A stretch of 64,000 nucleotides of DNA. It comes from Eledone cirrhosa (Eukaryota). Both the position numbers and the translations under genes were made by a program. Numbering within the stretch: the stretch's first letter is position 1; each line of letters opens with the position of its first letter. A model generated the notes under the pieces. It saw only the letters and a list, made by a program, of their open reading frames with translations, was not told the DNA's origin and ran no database searches. Shown here in pieces: positions 58,723-64,000 of this stretch. Where the stretch lies: NCBI GenBank assembly GCA_964016885.1, contig OZ024747.1, positions 51,646,001-51,710,000 on the forward strand, read 5' to 3'.

Positions 58723-60223
58723 ATCCACCTCCCCCTATCAAGCCCACTCTCTCTCTCTCTCACTCTATCTATCCACCTCCCCCAATCAAGCTCACTCTCT
58801 CTCTCTCTCTTTCTCTTTCTCTCTCTGTCTCTCTATCCACCTCCTCCCATCAAGCCCACACTCTCTCTCTCTCTCTCTCTCACTCTATCTATCCACCTCC
58901 CCCAATCAAGCTCACTCTCTCTCTCTCTCACTCTCTCTCTCTCTCACTCTCTCTATCCACCTCCCCCCAACCAAACCCACACACTCTCTCTCACTCTCTC
59001 ACCCTCTCTCTATCCACCTCCTCCCATCAACCCCACTCTCTCCCTATATATATATTACTATATCTAAACCCTCTCACAACATTGTACATTGTCTACTGTT
59101 GTTAGTATCCATCCATTACTAAACTCGGTTGTGTAATAAAGTGTTTATCGAAATCTCATTGTTTACTTCCTTCCCTCCTCCTTTCTTTCTCTCTTGCCTC
59201 TTCCCTCCATCCTTCTTTCTCTCCTCCCCTTCACTCATTGCATCTTACCTACCTACCATCTTAGCTACCTACTTATCTATCCACCTACCTACCAATCAGT
59301 CTGCCAATCACTCTGTCTATATATCTGTCTACATGAAGATATACGGTGGTTACCAACTCGTTTTCGAGTACGGCCACTACTTTATATCCATGTAGGAGAA
59401 CCCTACCGATGCGCTGAACGAGTGTGACGTTTTAGTCCAACCAGCGACTTCAAAACTCTGGTACAAACACTACACCTGTGACAATTATTGACACATAGTG
59501 CTGGGCCCATGGTACCATGTGACGACAAGTGCAGAGAGATCTCCAGATACAAAGCAATGCCTGTGCCGTGAAGCTTTTATAGTGAGCAAAGGCACTGCAC
59601 AAAGCCAGTCCCACTCTCTTAACCAAGATGATATTTACCAAAAAGAAGAACAAGTCAACATCATTGGATACCATCAGGGTTGCAGGTGTTATATCAGAGT
59701 TTTCCTTCTAGAATTATGCCTTGACAAAGGTTAAGGGGTCATCTCTCCCGGTGATTTTGGATGGCCATTGACTCTTAAGAGCTCCTTTACCCTTTGACAG
59801 GTTTTGTTTTTAGTCCTGCAGGATGTCCAAAGTCACCCTCCTCACCAAGAAACCTTGGTGGGGTTGCCAGTTTAGTCGCCAACGACCCGACCACGAGAAA
59901 GGTTGTACTGGAGTACATGTTACCAGTAGCACCAGCTGGTGACATGACATACAAACATACATACTTACACACATACATACATATACACACACACATACAT
60001 ACACACATACATACATACACACATACACACATACACACATACATACACACATACATACACAAATACATACATATATACATACACACATACATACACCCAT
60101 ACATACACACATACATACATGCATACATACACACATACACACATACACACATACATATATACATACATGATGGCTGCCCCATCGTTATCGAGTATCGCCA
60201 TTGCACGATATACCATTATTAAT

Positions 60224-60415
60224 AATGTGGATTGGCAGTATCAGTAGAGGGTCGGACGCCATGCTTTCCAGCATAGTTACGTCCCTTTACGATCTGAGTT
60301 CAAATCCCGCCGAGGTTGACTTTGCCTTTCATCCTTACGGGGTCGATAAAATAAAGTACCAGTAATGCACTGGGTAATTGCTGCCCTTGTGCCTAAAAGT
60401 AGAAACAATTATTAA
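60224..60415 (+). mobile_element. tRNA-derived SINE
   Basis: Full match to the 3703 SINE. Confidence 0.85.
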
Positions 60416-60859
60416 TAATTATTAATTAATTCTATCCTGTAATGCCTGTGCGTGAAGATATTATTTAAAGTGAGGAAAGACTGTGCACTGAGCCAATCCC
60501 ACTCTCTGAGGGACAGTAGCTATAACCCGAAAAGAAGAAAAGATCAACATCATGGGTAACTACTGAGCCGTAGGTTTTATGCCGGAGTTATCTCAGTTTC
60601 CTGAGTTGCCTTCTCCTAGAAGAATGCCCTGACAACGGCTAGGGGTCCTTCACTCCCAGTGGTATAACCATGCGATCGGGTGTCCAGCCCGACTATTTCT
60701 ATGTCTCCGCGCATATACATACATATGTACATGTGTATATACATATTTACACACTTTTGTATGGCCGTTGACTCTTATCAGTTCTTCCGCCCACATACAT
60801 ACACAAATACACACATGCATACATACATACATACATACATACATACATACATACATACA

Positions 60860-60890
<31 letters not shown>

Positions 60891-60898
60891 CTTATTGT

Positions 60899-61143
60899 AA
60901 TTATTATAAATGTAAGCTACCGCCGTATTTTGACTAAAGAAATTAAAGAAATTATTTAGCCTGATAGTGGGGTTAAGAACCCTCGGAGAAATGTACGTCA
61001 ATACTCATCTTTTTCCATTTCTCCGAGGGTTCTTAACCCCACTATCAGGCTAAATAATTTCTTTAATTTCTTTAGTCAAAATACGGCGGTAGCTTACATT
61101 TATAATAATTTCAAACTCGCTCGCTGGTTCGAAAATATTCTTA
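60899..61143. mobile_element. Fold-back element with ~95-bp perfect arms and ~33-bp tail (family of 28711)
   Basis: Arms 60899-60993 and 61016-61110. Confidence 0.8.
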
Positions 61144-61907
61144 ATATCTTAGTGTTATGGTTTCCTAGACCCCGGTTGTACTGGGATTTTAGTCAATCGT
61201 ATTAATCCTATTACACACTCACGCACACAAAAACACACACACATACACACACACACTAGTAGACACTAATTATATACATATATGGGCTGGGATTTATGTT
61301 CTTTAGCACAGTATTTCATTCGACATTATCCCTGTCAACTCCAATAAAAATGAGATCTATCAGCAACCACGTTTTAACCCTGTGATGGTCAGGGTTGTTC
61401 TGTACTCACAATAGTTTAACTCCAACAAAACCCCAACAATTTTCGGTCTGGTGTGTCTCCGGGCTTGCTCCAAACTTTCATGTAAATATTATTTTGGCAA
61501 GGAATGTATTAAAATAGATGTTTCCACACTCTTTTCCGTCACGACACTTTACTGGGTGGCTGGTAATTTGTTGGTTTGTCATAAAATCTAGTCAAATTAA
61601 ATACATTTTTTACTACTATTTGGCAGTGAAATACATTTAAGACCTGGTAACTCTGCGTAAAATTAGACACATCATAAGATTGGAGACAGATGATATAATA
61701 TTCAGTTCTTTATTCACTAATTTCCTATAATTTCATGTTGCTAACACAATCTAACTACTGTTGCATACGAACAATTTTATTTTGATAAACTGTTTTGTCA
61801 ATGAGAAATATTTGTAAAGTCTAGAATGGAGGATGGTGTGTATATACAAACGCAAAACCATATACAGACATGCACATACGCACACTGACACACACACACG
61901 CACACAC

Positions 61908-61964
<57 letters not shown>

Positions 61965-62117
61965 AACACATATATATATATATACATATATATATGTATG
62001 TATGTATGTATATATACATATATATATGAATATATGTGTATGTATATATATATATATATATATATGTAAATATATATATATATATACTCACACACACACA
62101 CATATATATATGTATAA

Positions 62118-62160
<43 letters not shown>

Positions 62161-62791
62161 TGTGATAGACCTATAATGCTAGTAACATATATTTAGAGCA
62201 AATTACAGGAGAAATAAATGCAAATAAATGGTAGAGTTGTTTGAATTATTGAAACATCGTTAAAGTAAATCAAATCCTAGATTCCCTTCACTAAGTTCGA
62301 TAATTATTTGATAGGTTATAGAATCAATCATCCCTTGCAAGTAAAAGGAAAAATTTACTGTGAAGATACGTGGCCTAATAACTGGTGTGTTCGATTTACG
62401 AGCATAAGTTAGTGAATTCGATTTTTTGACCTCACATTGCGTTGTTTTCTTGAGCAAAACGATTCCTTTCAATTTGCCCTCCATGATAGGACTGGGGAAC
62501 ATGTTGAAACTCAAGAAACCTTCCATGAGATCTAAATCCTTTCATGTTGCTCTTCATGATAGGACTGGGGATCGAACATGTTGACACTCAAGACACCTTG
62601 TATGAGATGCAACCTATTATGAGACCAGCTAAACTCATAAAACAGTGAGTTGTAAATTTTACTCATTTATTCAAAGTGACTCTATATAAAACTTTTTTTA
62701 TTTTAAATCGAGAGTAATGTTCACCTCGGGGGGTTAATGATAATAATAATTGTTTCTACTTAATAGCAAAAGATTCAGACCAGCCACAGTA

Positions 62792-62864
62792 TGCCGAAAC
62801 CCGGGATTGAATCAGGGATCTTTAGATCTTCAGTCTAACGCTCTCCCAACTGAGCTATTTCGGT
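62792..62864 (-). tRNA. tRNA-Phe(GAA), probable pseudogene
   Basis: Matches the canonical metazoan tRNA-Phe except for four G>A changes (positions ~1, 46, 53, 57), including the B box/T-arm. Confidence 0.85.
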
Positions 62865-62874
62865 TAATGATAAT

Positions 62875-63290
62875 AATAATGGTTTATGATTTAGGCACAA
62901 GGCCAGCAACTTTAGGGGGTGGGGGAGTCGATTAAGGTGACCCAAGTTCCTTACTGGTACTTTATTTTATCGACGCCGTAAGAATGAGATGCTAAACTAC
63001 TCTCGGTGGGATTTGAATTCAGAACGTAAAGGGCCGTGACTCTACGTCATGAAGCAGGATGTCCGATTGGTTGCTGGTTTAGGCACAAGGCTAGCAATTT
63101 TAGGGGAGGGAAAGTCTATTAAATCAACCCTTGTTCGTTGCTGGTACTTTCTTTTATCGACCTCGTAAGGATGAAAGGCAAAGTTAACCTCGGCAGGATT
63201 TGAACTTAGACCATAAAGGGCCGTAACTCTTTGCTGCAAAGCATGGCGTCCTACCCTCTACCGATACTGCCAATCCACCGCCCTTAATAA
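62875..63290 (-). mobile_element. Two tandem SINE copies (62875-63045, 63075-63290)
   Basis: SINE core and B box on the minus strand. Confidence 0.8.
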
Positions 63291-63843
63291 TAATAATGAT
63301 AATAACAATTGCTAATCCGTAAAGAGCCAAGAATTGGGGATGTCTGGTGATGTCTCATTTGATCCCCATGTGCATCTATTTATGAAGGTGAGAGAGCGAA
63401 GGGCTGAGAGATTTCGGGTTGAGCAAATGATGCATACATCATTTTCGTTTTACTTTCGGATTAACACATTCACTTGAAGTAGTAACAGCAGTAAAACAAA
63501 GACAGAAGCAAAAAACAATTGCGACAAAATGTATTTGAAACTAATCTATTAAGATCATTTCAGTTAAACTTTTTATTTATTCATTTATGTAACCTTAGGG
63601 GCCAACACATGACTAGTAATTATTTAGAAATCCCGTAACGAGGTACGCTTCATGTATATATGAATGTGCATGTATGTATATATGTATGTGTGTATGTTTA
63701 TATGTATGTATGTATGTATTTATGTATTTATGTCTATATGTAAGTACGTGTATATGTGTGTATGTATGTATGTATGCATGCATGTGTGTATGTATATCTG
63801 TACATATGTATGTGTGCATTTATGTATATCTATCAATCTTTCT

Positions 63844-63919
<76 letters not shown>

Positions 63920-64000
63920 TGCGTACGTACCACATATGCTCACATGTATATATGTAGATGTATGTATATTTATATATATATATGAATGTGTGTATATATA

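Overview
AT-rich, microsatellite-saturated eukaryotic DNA, most likely an octopus/cephalopod intergenic or intronic region (inferred from SINEs resembling the octopus OK/OR families and the repeat landscape). No host protein-coding gene can be supported; almost all listed ORFs are simple-repeat artefacts. The window is a mosaic of mobile-element remnants: two Tx1/L1-like 3' ends, three R4/Dong-like RLE 3' ends, an RTE LINE with a 5' inversion, at least four Penelope-like element (PLE) remnants with GIY-YIG coding ends and 3' hammerhead motifs, a hAT transposon with TIRs and an 8-bp TSD, about 10 tRNA-derived SINEs and a tRNA-Phe pseudogene. The standout is a 7.5-kb array (8448-15913) of a near-identical 472-bp unit. 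Each unit carries a type I hammerhead ribozyme (16 copies) preceded by an octamer and a TATA motif, and the array is arranged head-to-head (about 3.8 units on -, 12 units on +). Three diverged dispersed copies share recurrent end points and compensatory base changes. This fits a retrozyme-like family, probably Pol III-driven and PLE-mobilised. Several other hammerhead families and fold-back 'hairpin plus one-sided tail' elements, including one with a tRNA-like core, are also present.
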